A stretch of DNA of 55,529 nt from a virus (taxonomy: Duplodnaviria; Caudoviricetes). The position numbers were made by a program, and so were the translations under genes. The stretch is taken from positions 1-55,529 of the IMG/VR virus record IMGVR_UViG_3300019871_000002, one strand, 5' to 3'. This document shows, one piece after another, positions 1 through 7,598 of the stretch (position 1 is the first letter of the stretch; the number at the start of each line of letters is the position of its first letter). Below the pieces are notes generated by a model that ran no database searches, was not told where the DNA came from, and saw nothing but the letters and a program-made list of their open reading frames with translations.

Positions 1-145
1 TCACGACTGCGAAACGCTCGCACCCACTCATAGCGTTTCCAGAACGGTCTCGAGTCGACACGCTTGCGCGCTTGACTCAGTTCGGGCAGGCTGACGGTCC
101 CGCGTTGGGGACAGTGGCAGCGTGGGAAGTTTGGGCACTGTGTCG

Positions 146-439
146 TCATCGGCGCATCGGCAACGTGTCGACCCAACGGGTCCCGACATGCGCGTTTGGT
201 CCGCGCTCCCAGCCGTTGCGCTCCATGAGCTTGAGCAGCTCGATCGCGAGAACGACGGCCTCCTCGACCATGCGTTTCATGTGTGATCGTTCGTTGCCCC
301 CTGATCGCACGATATACTCGGATTGCTCAACATACTCCGATATGTGGTTTCGGGACCCTAGTCGTGTTGCTAGGTTTTCAGCGACGATCCAGACTGTCAT
401 GTCGTGAACGTCTTTCGAAGTGAAGTCCATGTTAGCCAT
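146..439 (-). CDS. hypothetical phage protein
   Basis: ORF-track frame 146..502. Likely ATG at 439 (MANMDFTSK) after a GAGA-rich SD. No recognised motif. Confidence 0.6.
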   Translation of the reverse strand: MANMDFTSKDVHDMTVWIVAENLATRLGSRNHISEYVEQSEYIVRSGGNERSHMKRMVEEAVVLAIELLKLMERNGWERGPNAHVGTRWVDTLPMRR

Positions 440-453
440 TTGCCCCGTCTCTC

Positions 454-687
454 TTATGTTCGCGTCGCCGCGTTCGCAATGAATTGAAGGCAGCGCTTGC
501 ACGTCACGAGCTCCACCTCCCCCGTCAGTTTCATGTCATCCCCCTTGACCGGCTTCGCGAGTACGATCTCGGCCATATCCCCTTCGGTGTCGAAAGGCAG
601 GCCATTGATACCGCACGACGATCGCACCCCCTCAGGTCTCGTGACTGCGATCATGTGTATCTTCTTGCTGCTTACTCTGCTCACCAT
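454..687 (-). CDS. hypothetical protein with C-terminal CxxC (VTCKRC)
   Basis: ATG at 687 with GGAAAGGAAG upstream. An upstream Cys plus VTCKRC suggest metal binding. Confidence 0.55.
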   Translation of the reverse strand: MVSRVSSKKIHMIAVTRPEGVRSSCGINGLPFDTEGDMAEIVLAKPVKGDDMKLTGEVELVTCKRCLQFIANAATRT

Positions 688-833
688 TATCTTCCTTTCC
701 ACGTCGAACTCACCAACAGGTACACAGCGAGACCGATGCACACCCCCTGCACAAGAGACCACAGCACGCGAGACTTCCAGTCGTGGTGCAGATGTTCACG
801 CTCCCATCGCTGCCAGCGTTCCTTAAGTCTCAT
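687..833 (-). CDS. small membrane protein (48 aa, MRLKERWQRW...)
   Basis: Translated by hand. Fills the gap between neighbours with ATGA and TAATG overlaps. One hydrophobic stretch. Confidence 0.5.
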   Translation of the reverse strand: MRLKERWQRWEREHLHHDWKSRVLWSLVQGVCIGLAVYLLVSSTWKGR

Positions 834-1042
834 TTGTATTGCTCCAGCTCTTGCAGGAACGCGGCGTACTCTCCGGTCGCTGACACCTCGGCGGGGTCCC
901 CGACATGATGCAGTATTTTGTCGACGACCCTGATCACGTCACCTTTCACTTTAGCCGACGCGTGATGCGGTGGGCCACCGCCGACATCGTAGTGGTTGCG
1001 CAACCACAGGATCGTCATGACGAGAAAACGTTCCCTGCTCAT
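830..1042 (-). CDS. hypothetical protein
   Basis: 70-aa ORF with ATGA overlaps on both sides and GGAGGAGA SD. Confidence 0.65.
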   Translation of the reverse strand: MSRERFLVMTILWLRNHYDVGGGPPHHASAKVKGDVIRVVDKILHHVGDPAEVSATGEYAAFLQELEQYK

Positions 1043-1248
1043 TTCTCCTCCGGCACTGGCACGAATGGGAACATGCCCTCGAGCACGGAGATCGCGTATC
1101 GCGCCTGCTCCGGGTCCAACTCATGAGTGTTGCTCTTGGATATCGCTTTGGGTTGTTCGCGTTTGATCGTCGTGTCCCACACCTGACCCTCAGGCCCCTT
1201 GAGTCCCCACACGTAAACGAAAGCATGCTTCATCTTATTTTCAGACAT
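1039..1248 (-). CDS. hypothetical protein
   Basis: About 69 aa, in a tightly packed minus-strand run. Confidence 0.6.
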   Translation of the reverse strand: MSENKMKHAFVYVWGLKGPEGQVWDTTIKREQPKAISKSNTHELDPEQARYAISVLEGMFPFVPVPEEK

Positions 1249-1346
1249 CACAAACCCACAGCCAGACGAATGATGATCACGAGAACAAGGGCGCCTGCCA
1301 ACCCCTCGATCCCGTCAATGAAGTCCGTGCGCAGCCACACCCTCAT
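1248..1346 (-). CDS. small membrane peptide (32 aa, MRVWLRTDF...)
   Basis: Translated by hand. ATGA overlap upstream, TGATG downstream, hydrophobic C-terminal half. Confidence 0.45.
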   Translation of the reverse strand: MRVWLRTDFIDGIEGLAGALVLVIIIRLAVGL

Positions 1347-1591
1347 GATGACTCCGTGCAGTCTGAGCGATGCACGATATAGGGGCACAGCTCGTACCAC
1401 GTCAGCGGGCCTCCTCCCATTTTGTGCCGCAACTCAAACGTGCGATTTTCATACTCGACAAAGCTGGGCACGACATGTTCGCCGGCACGAGGCAAATGAC
1501 CCGTCAGCTTGCCCGTATCGACGAAGTTGCCGACCCATTTCGCGATCACGATGCCGAACGCGTTGACTAGTTGACATTGTGTCGCGGCCAT
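1343..1591 (-). CDS. hypothetical protein
   Basis: ORF-track frame 1343..1597, coupled to both neighbours. Confidence 0.55.
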   Translation of the reverse strand: MAATQCQLVNAFGIVIAKWVGNFVDTGKLTGHLPRAGEHVVPSFVEYENRTFELRHKMGGGPLTWYELCPYIVHRSDCTESS

Positions 1592-1824
1592 CACCAATAC
1601 CCCTTAGTCGGACGGCCGAGCGTGCCGTCTGGTTTGATCGTCGCCCAATGAAAGTGGTTGGAGACGCGGCCCCCGATCTCGTAGTCTCCCGATATGATGT
1701 AGACCAGCTTACCCCTGCGATATATCGCGCAACCCTTCAAGGGCTTGTGAACGATAGGGACTCGCAGCCGCTTGATGACGACGCTGGTCTTTAACGCGAC
1801 ATCCTTGGGACGATCGGGCCTCAT
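1591..1824 (-). CDS. hypothetical basic protein
   Basis: ATG at 1824 overlaps the stop of the upstream ORF (ATGA). Confidence 0.55.
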   Translation of the reverse strand: MRPDRPKDVALKTSVVIKRLRVPIVHKPLKGCAIYRRGKLVYIISGDYEIGGRVSNHFHWATIKPDGTLGRPTKGYW

Positions 1825-2054
1825 CGCACCCAACCTGTTTGCGCATACCATCGGTCCCGTCCTTTGACGTAGCGAGTGTCCTCGCGGTTATCTATGAATG
1901 TCTCGATGACGTCAATATCCGGGTCGATGTCATTCACGAGCGCGATGGCGCCGGCCATATCCACACAACCGCCTGTGGTGTGTATCGACGCGCATTGATT
2001 GTTAAAGTCTACCGACAACGACTTAACATCGCACATGAGTCTATTGTGGAACAT
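1821..2054 (-). CDS. hypothetical protein, first gene of the leftward small-ORF cluster
   Basis: 77 aa with GGGAGA SD upstream. Confidence 0.65.
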   Translation of the reverse strand: MFHNRLMCDVKSLSVDFNNQCASIHTTGGCVDMAGAIALVNDIDPDIDVIETFIDNREDTRYVKGRDRWYAQTGWVR

Positions 2055-2087
2055 TCGTTTCTCCCATTGCTACCGCACTCCTGTTGA

Positions 2088-2245
2088 GGGGGAATGCAAT
2101 ATTGCAAATTTAAGGGGTACGATCAAGGGGGCCTTAAACGTGCGTTTTGTTGACGTTCGTGTCAGTACTCAAAATCAGATTGCATTACTACATCATAGGA
2201 ACGCTAGGTTACCCATAAGGATTATTTTATAGATCAAACAGGAAC
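2088..2245. promoter_or_regulatory. AT-rich divergent control region
   Basis: Non-coding and AT-rich, between divergent units. Perfect palindrome TGCAATATTGCA at 2095-2106. Confidence 0.5.
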
Positions 2246-2610
2246 TGAGGGTGCAAGGCCCCCAGCGCTATGTCACTCTTTCGAATGAACACACTGGGGA
2301 CCCTGCACCCCCGACATCAAACCGTCACGTCGGGTGCTCCACATTTTACGAAGGTGTCATGAGCATGGAGTACTCATTCGCTGGCGACACTGGCCCTGCT
2401 AGTAGCGATTGGTCTTATCGAAGCCTGACCTAGGGGGGCGCCCCGTCAGGCTAAGGCAATGTGTAGGGCCCCTAGAGCGTCCGGACATCGCAAGCATTGT
2501 GATATCAGAGGCCCCGGTGGCGATGTTCAATCCACGAACCGACGCTTGATCCCGATCAACGGGCTATCGTATCGCAGGTGACTCCTCCGCGGAACCAGCC
2601 ACCCGTAATG

Positions 2611-2647
2611 AAACATACTGCGATCATTTTTCGACTGCAGTATGTTT
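2611..2647. promoter_or_regulatory. 11-bp inverted repeat, candidate operator
   Basis: AAACATACTGC-N15-GCAGTATGTTT, directly upstream of the AGGAGGT SD of the HTH gene. Confidence 0.5.
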
Positions 2648-2667
2648 GAGCATAGGAGGTACTCGAC

Positions 2668-2877
2668 GTGACATCGAAACAGCTACAATCAGTACTCAAC
2701 AAGCTATGGACAACTCAACACATCTGCAAGAAGTTCGAGGTGTCGGCAATGACGGTGGGGGCATGGCGCGCTCGCGGCTTGCCGCATATCGTGGTAAAGG
2801 GATCGGAGCGACCCTCAATTCGTTTCATCAAGAAGGAAGCCGCATCATGGATCAAACTTCACACGAAGCACGGATGA
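2668..2877 (+). CDS. small HTH DNA-binding protein (MerR/Xis/Nu1-like)
   Basis: WTTQHICKKFEVSAMTVGAWRARGLP winged-HTH pattern. GTG start with AGGAGGT SD. Confidence 0.75.
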   Translation: MTSKQLQSVLNKLWTTQHICKKFEVSAMTVGAWRARGLPHIVVKGSERPSIRFIKKEAASWIKLHTKHG

Positions 2878-4229
2878 AATATCAAACGCCAGCGATGCTG
2901 CATCGCAACGTCACGAGCCCGCCGCCCGTCGCGTCTGACTCGGCCGACACCTATTTCGTGACGCCCATCCTCGGAGACGAGGGCCGGCCGATCGCGCACA
3001 ACATGGTGCTAGACATTTCGTCCGGCGCCGGTGTGACATCGTTCGGGCACTCTGCGCCCGGCATCAAGGACGCGATCGTCAAGCAGGTAATGACGATGCC
3101 CTATGCACACTCGGGGCAATGGACGGCACCCATCATCGAGGACGCGGGTCGTGCGATCCTTGTGCGGTCCGGTCCTCGTTTCAGCATGGGCGGTGTGACG
3201 TTCTACTCAGGGGGTTCGGAGGCGGTCGAAGCCGCCTTGAAGTTCGGGGTGCAGATCTTGTCACGCGATCAGAGGCACACTCCGATCCTGTCACGCCGGC
3301 ATTCGTATCACGGAAATACGCTTGGCGCGTTGATGGTGTCTGATCACCCGCGGTGTGGCTTCGTTGACACGGCTTGGTTCCCGGGCGGCTACAATAATCA
3401 GTCGCAGAACGACTTCCGCTTCAATGCCTTCACACCCTCGCTCGTAGGGCAACCAGAAGGCATCCGACTGCATGAGCGCGAGGCGATCTGGTCGCTCGAG
3501 GGGAAGCTCAAGAGGTGCTACGAGGATTTCGACGCGAAGGCGATCGTTTTGATCGAGACGATTGGAGGCACCACGTTGGGCATCGAGCCGCCCACGATCG
3601 CATACCTGACGGGTGTGCGTTCAATGTGCGACGCATACGACGCGATACTGATCCACGACGAAGTGCTGTCTGGTAACTATCGCACGGGGCATCTACTCGC
3701 ATCGTCGCGCTACGGTTTGATGGGTGATTGCAATGTGGCGCCCGACATCGCGGTGCTCGGAAAGGGCATCACCGGCGGGTACTTCCCGATGTCGGCTGTT
3801 GTGTTGTCGTCGCGCTCGAGGGCGATCATGGAGCATTGCGGGAAGATCGCGCACACCTCGACAAATCAGAACCATCCGATCGGGTGTGCGGCTGTGGTCG
3901 CGGCAATGGATGCATACGACAACGCCTTGCCGATGATCAGGGCATTGTCAAAGCATCTCGAAACGGAGATCATGCCACGTCTCGCTTGCGTGAAGCACGT
4001 TCATTCGGTCAGTGGTGTGGGGACTCTTTGGGGGGTCAGGTTCGATCCCGAGAAGGATGGCTTGCACCTTGAGGTGAAGCGGCAGCTGATGGCTGCCGGG
4101 ATCTCATGTTACACGGATGGTAACATGGTCGATGGCAAAGGCAATATGTTGCTCTTTGCGCCTCCGTGCAATATCCACGGAGAAGACCTCGAAAGCTTCT
4201 GCTCTGCAATCGAGTCTTTGGAACTGTAG
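2874..4229 (+). CDS. class III PLP-dependent aminotransferase (BioA/omega-transaminase family)
   Basis: Motifs SGGSEAVEAALK, SYHGNTLGAL, LIHDEVLSGNYRTG and PDIAVLGKGITGGYFP (PLP Lys). ATG at 2874 overlaps the HTH stop. Confidence 0.92.
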   Translation: MKYQTPAMLHRNVTSPPPVASDSADTYFVTPILGDEGRPIAHNMVLDISSGAGVTSFGHSAPGIKDAIVKQVMTMPYAHSGQWTAPIIEDAGRAILVRSGPRFSMGGVTFYSGGSEAVEAALKFGVQILSRDQRHTPILSRRHSYHGNTLGALMVSDHPRCGFVDTAWFPGGYNNQSQNDFRFNAFTPSLVGQPEGIRLHEREAIWSLEGKLKRCYEDFDAKAIVLIETIGGTTLGIEPPTIAYLTGVRSMCDAYDAILIHDEVLSGNYRTGHLLASSRYGLMGDCNVAPDIAVLGKGITGGYFPMSAVVLSSRSRAIMEHCGKIAHTSTNQNHPIGCAAVVAAMDAYDNALPMIRALSKHLETEIMPRLACVKHVHSVSGVGTLWGVRFDPEKDGLHLEVKRQLMAAGISCYTDGNMVDGKGNMLLFAPPCNIHGEDLESFCSAIESLEL

Positions 4230-4246
4230 ACGATCGGGCAGAGGGG

Positions 4247-4320
4247 CAGGGGGCGCGTTCGCCCCCTGTCACGTGTCGATCACGCAAGGCCCCCTGCTCA
4301 CGCGACAGGGGGCCTTTTGC
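4247..4320. terminator. tandem hairpins, probable bidirectional terminator
   Basis: CAGGGGGCG/CGCCCCCTG (4247-4268) and AAGGCCCCCTG/CAGGGGGCCTT followed by TT (4286-4318), between convergent genes. Confidence 0.7.
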
Positions 4321-4351
4321 CGGGGCCCACGCCCCCAGCAGAGGGGCCCTG

Positions 4352-4759
4352 CTAGGAGTCTGATCCGACGTTGAACGTTATTCCGCCGGCGAGGAATTTG
4401 ATCCCAGCCCCCGCGACAACGGGCAGGGCACCACCCACAAGCGCCTTTGACGCGATCAGGTTGCCCGCTGATGCGGCATCGAACATTGCGAGGTGTGTCA
4501 GCGTCGTGGGGCCTGCCGCAGCCCCGAAGTCGACAGCCGCACTCGATGACATCGTGTGATCGGCGCCCAATGCAAGAGTCGTGAACGGGCACTGCACGCG
4601 GCCCGCCGTGCGCACCGTTGTCGTGACCTCGGTGCCGGTCGTCTTGGGGTTGCCATTGTAAAGGGCAATGAACAGACCCGTGGGTGGCGTCGGCATCGGC
4701 GAGTCGTTGTTAAGCCAGCGGCAGAATTTGTTGCCGATGTAGGCGGAGAGATCGGACAT
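4352..4759 (-). CDS. putative virion structural/fibre-associated protein
   Basis: LFIALYNGNP...GTEV and VDFGAA...THLAMFDAASAGNLI pattern, typical of small phage fibre-related proteins. Confidence 0.6.
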   Translation of the reverse strand: MSDLSAYIGNKFCRWLNNDSPMPTPPTGLFIALYNGNPKTTGTEVTTTVRTAGRVQCPFTTLALGADHTMSSSAAVDFGAAAGPTTLTHLAMFDAASAGNLIASKALVGGALPVVAGAGIKFLAGGITFNVGSDS

Positions 4760-4772
4760 TTCGTTTTACCTT

Positions 4773-5264
4773 TCAGTATCCATGGAGATCGAGGATGTGG
4801 GATATGGTGACGAATGCGACTGCGGACATCCCTGAGCCCAGCCACATATACCGTTTGATCGGAGGCGGTGTGAATATGAACGTTGCACGCAACAAGCCGA
4901 ACATCAGGATCACGCCGCACAACATATAACCGAGCGTTGATTGGAGGCTTGCGAGCGCGAACACGCCCAGAGCGGAGACGTCATGCTCCTCGCCCGATCG
5001 ATAAAGGCTCCATACAGACCCAGTTCGATAGGCTTCGGACGCGAATATCCACCACAGCGCGCAAGCCGTAGGCACGCCGGGTATCTTCGTCCAGCTCTCA
5101 TTGCCGTAGTGTGAGTACCAAGCCTGATAAAGGAACGTCACGATCATCAGAGTAAGGTTCAAGAACAGGATCATGCAAGCTCCGTTGATGCTCTCGCGTA
5201 TGATGGCCTGATTTGCGATGATCTCTTGGTAGATGCTATTCACGTCGGCGGCCTCCTTTGGCAT
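4773..5264 (-). CDS. multi-pass membrane protein (about 4 TM)
   Basis: Four hydrophobic segments. Likely ATG at 5264 (MPKEAAD). Confidence 0.6.
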   Translation of the reverse strand: MPKEAADVNSIYQEIIANQAIIRESINGACMILFLNLTLMIVTFLYQAWYSHYGNESWTKIPGVPTACALWWIFASEAYRTGSVWSLYRSGEEHDVSALGVFALASLQSTLGYMLCGVILMFGLLRATFIFTPPPIKRYMWLGSGMSAVAFVTISHILDLHGY

Positions 5265-5496
5265 TAACCAACTCTTCCATGTCCGCAAAAGAATTGGTTC
5301 GAGTCTTTGCGTCGGATAGAATGTCGCGAAGTCGTTCGTTGGTTGATCGTCGCTTATTAGTCTCCTCACGCACTTCTTGTGCTACGACTTCGAAGTCATG
5401 CAGTTTATTGTCGGTTTGTGCATTCAACATTTCGTTCTCGTCGAATGCGGGGGCGATACCCCACCGCTTCAATTGTCGTTCTATCCAGCCAATCAT
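5236..5496 (-). CDS. hypothetical coiled-coil protein
   Basis: 86 aa, TAATG-coupled to the upstream gene. Confidence 0.6.
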   Translation of the reverse strand: MIGWIERQLKRWGIAPAFDENEMLNAQTDNKLHDFEVVAQEVREETNKRRSTNERLRDILSDAKTRTNSFADMEELVNAKGGRRRE

Positions 5497-6095
5497 TATT
5501 GGCCTTTCGGTCTGGTTTGAGTAATGATGCGCTTCTTACGTTGCACGATCGTAAGATCATTGCCCAGCTGCTGGCGGAAGTCCGCCGCTACAGCTTGTGC
5601 TCCTGCGCCAACCGCCGCTTTGACGTTGTTCTCTAGACCATCTAGCCGGTTCAAGATCTGACCCAGCATCAGACCGTAGTTGTTTTTATTGTCAGACACC
5701 ATTGACGAAAGCTGACGTATCGCGTCCGCCATCGCCGTGACGGCTTGCGATGCCGCCATTTGATGCTCTCTGATATTCTCATACTGACCAACAACTGACG
5801 CTTTTAATAACTCAAACGCATAGATTTGTTTAGATATAAGTTCGCCCTGTTCCTCGGTCAGGTCGTTTCGATCACGAGTCGCGTCTAGCATGTCCTTCAA
5901 GACTTGCGCGGCGTCAGTCAATGCCTTGTTCAGTGTGTCGCGTTCGGCAAGACGATATCCATAGACCTTGTCGGCCTTGGTTTGCATCGACTTGACATAG
6001 GCGACAAGCCCCGCGACCGCCATCATCAAAACGAAGATGATAGCGCCCGCGAGGCCCATACCTTCAAGGATCTTCACGATCCATTCTGGCATCAT
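5496..6095 (-). CDS. N-terminal TM plus coiled-coil protein (holin/lysis-associated candidate)
   Basis: GLAGAIIFVLMMAVAGLVAYV TM followed by a heptad-rich region. Adjacent to the spanins. Confidence 0.6.
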   Translation of the reverse strand: MMPEWIVKILEGMGLAGAIIFVLMMAVAGLVAYVKSMQTKADKVYGYRLAERDTLNKALTDAAQVLKDMLDATRDRNDLTEEQGELISKQIYAFELLKASVVGQYENIREHQMAASQAVTAMADAIRQLSSMVSDNKNNYGLMLGQILNRLDGLENNVKAAVGAGAQAVAADFRQQLGNDLTIVQRKKRIITQTRPKGQ

Positions 6096-6313
6096 TTGTG
6101 TTTGAACGCCGGGCAGTGCAGGGACGAACCGTACTCGTCGTTCTTCAATATCGCCCTCGCAGTCGTGTCGGTTAGCTTGTCTTCCTTCTTAATGTAGACG
6201 GGCTCCCAGCCGGTACACACCGAGCCCCCACACCCAGCTAAGCTAATCGCTAGACCAACGATCACGAAGCTGCTTCTCAGCGCCGCCCTCCGGCAGCTTG
6301 TCCACAGTGACAT
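6092..6313 (-). CDS. o-spanin-like lipoprotein (start uncertain, 6313 or GTG at 6265)
   Basis: Lipobox LAGC after a hydrophobic stretch. Overlaps the 3' end of the i-spanin candidate. Confidence 0.7.
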   Translation of the reverse strand: MSLWTSCRRAALRSSFVIVGLAISLAGCGGSVCTGWEPVYIKKEDKLTDTTARAILKNDEYGSSLHCPAFKHK

Positions 6314-6578
6314 CGATTTTGTCCCTCGTTTCCTGCGCCTGCGCATCGCGCCGACGCTCTTCCTCTTCTGCGTCACGACGTCCCTTGACTCGACCACCCA
6401 TTACTGCAAGGAACATTGCGACAATGAACCCCAGTGTCCATTTCAGCCACGAAGGCATCAAGTTCCACAGAGGCAAGATAATGGGGCTGAAGAAATACAT
6501 GAGTGCGCCAGCCCCCGCGCACCCAACGACCACATAGACCCAAACGGGGATGTGGTCGATGATGAAGTTCATGATCAA
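6243..6578 (-). CDS. i-spanin-like membrane protein
   Basis: N-terminal TMs, charged helical C-terminus ending LRDRWSSD. Lies between endolysin and lipoprotein. Confidence 0.65.
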   Translation of the reverse strand: MIMNFIIDHIPVWVYVVVGCAGAGALMYFFSPIILPLWNLMPSWLKWTLGFIVAMFLAVMGGRVKGRRDAEEEERRRDAQAQETRDKIDVTVDKLPEGGAEKQLRDRWSSD

Positions 6579-7597
6579 GCGGCCGCCTTTTCCTCGGGTG
6601 CTGCGGGTGGGTTGACACGGACTTCGGTGTCGCCTGCCGTGCGACCCGATGTCGTCACGACGCCCGGGGCAATGTTGCCCGTCTCCGATCCCGTTGCTTT
6701 GGGATCCACATACTGCGCCTTTACTGCTTCGGGCACAATGTCGTTATCGTTGTCAGCTTTGACAGGTGCGAGGTCCAACGCATCGGTCAGGGCTGTGTTC
6801 TTCGTGCGTGCGTAGTAGGACCACGCAAACCCGAAGGCCGTCGCGAGGCCGCCGAACACAATCAGGCCCAGCAGGATTTGATCAAGCAGCGCTGAATGCC
6901 CCTGCAATGGCGCCAGCGTCGATTGCGCAGTCGTGAGCACCGTCGTGACCGTACCACCGGCGGCCGTCGCATCCGCGGGTGCCGTTGACACAAGCGGGAG
7001 CGCATCCACGATCGTCGCCTTCTTGTTCATGTTGTCCTGCCAGACGATCTCGGGACCAACTGAACCGGACGCCCACAACTGCCCAGTCTTTAGGAGTTGC
7101 GCTATGCGTGACAGCCAGCCCTTGCCGAAATGATAAAACGTCTTGAGCGATTTCAGAAACGCGTTGCGACGAGCGATGATCTTCGCGATCAGGTCATCGT
7201 CATCGGGGTACTGCAAAACGGCCTGCAGTGTGATGTTACCCATCACCCCCGTCGCCGACACACCCAAGCAACGCTGCAGCCATTTGATGGACTGCGACAC
7301 ACCCGAGTTGATTGCGCCGTCGAGCACGACTAGATCGATGCCCGGTGGCAGCTGCGTGAACCAGACCTTGTCGCCGTAATTCTCCTTGTAGATTTGATCG
7401 CGTTCGGCATCGGTCATCGTGAACACGTCACGGTTGGGCTTGCTGTTCGCTTTCAGCCATGCGGAGAACTCGCGCTGGATCACACCCTGATTGGTGCGGC
7501 CCCCCGGGTCGACAGGGTCGTTGTCCTTGCCGCCCTCGAACTTGTACTCAATCTTCATTGCATCCACGAAGGAATGCTGTTTTGCAATAGCTGGCAT
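6575..7597 (-). CDS. endolysin, GH108 plus peptidoglycan-binding domain plus C-terminal TM
   Basis: EGG..NDPVDPGGRTNQGV, DGAINSG, FGKGWLSRI and a hydrophobic C-terminal segment. Confidence 0.9.
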   Translation of the reverse strand: MPAIAKQHSFVDAMKIEYKFEGGKDNDPVDPGGRTNQGVIQREFSAWLKANSKPNRDVFTMTDAERDQIYKENYGDKVWFTQLPPGIDLVVLDGAINSGVSQSIKWLQRCLGVSATGVMGNITLQAVLQYPDDDDLIAKIIARRNAFLKSLKTFYHFGKGWLSRIAQLLKTGQLWASGSVGPEIVWQDNMNKKATIVDALPLVSTAPADATAAGGTVTTVLTTAQSTLAPLQGHSALLDQILLGLIVFGGLATAFGFAWSYYARTKNTALTDALDLAPVKADNDNDIVPEAVKAQYVDPKATGSETGNIAPGVVTTSGRTAGDTEVRVNPPAAPEEKAAA

Positions 7598-7598
7598 T

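Noticed and set aside
2088-2220. Possible CtrA boxes (TTAA-N7-TTAA)
   Set aside because: Only isolated TTAA half-sites are present, with no correctly spaced pair.
2646-2873. N-terminal extension of the aminotransferase
   Set aside because: It overlaps the HTH gene, which has the SD. ATGA coupling supports a start at 2874.
2668-2877. HTH protein as an excisionase marking a prophage boundary, with the aminotransferase as a host gene
   Set aside because: No integrase or att site is seen, and phage-like small ORFs continue on the other side.
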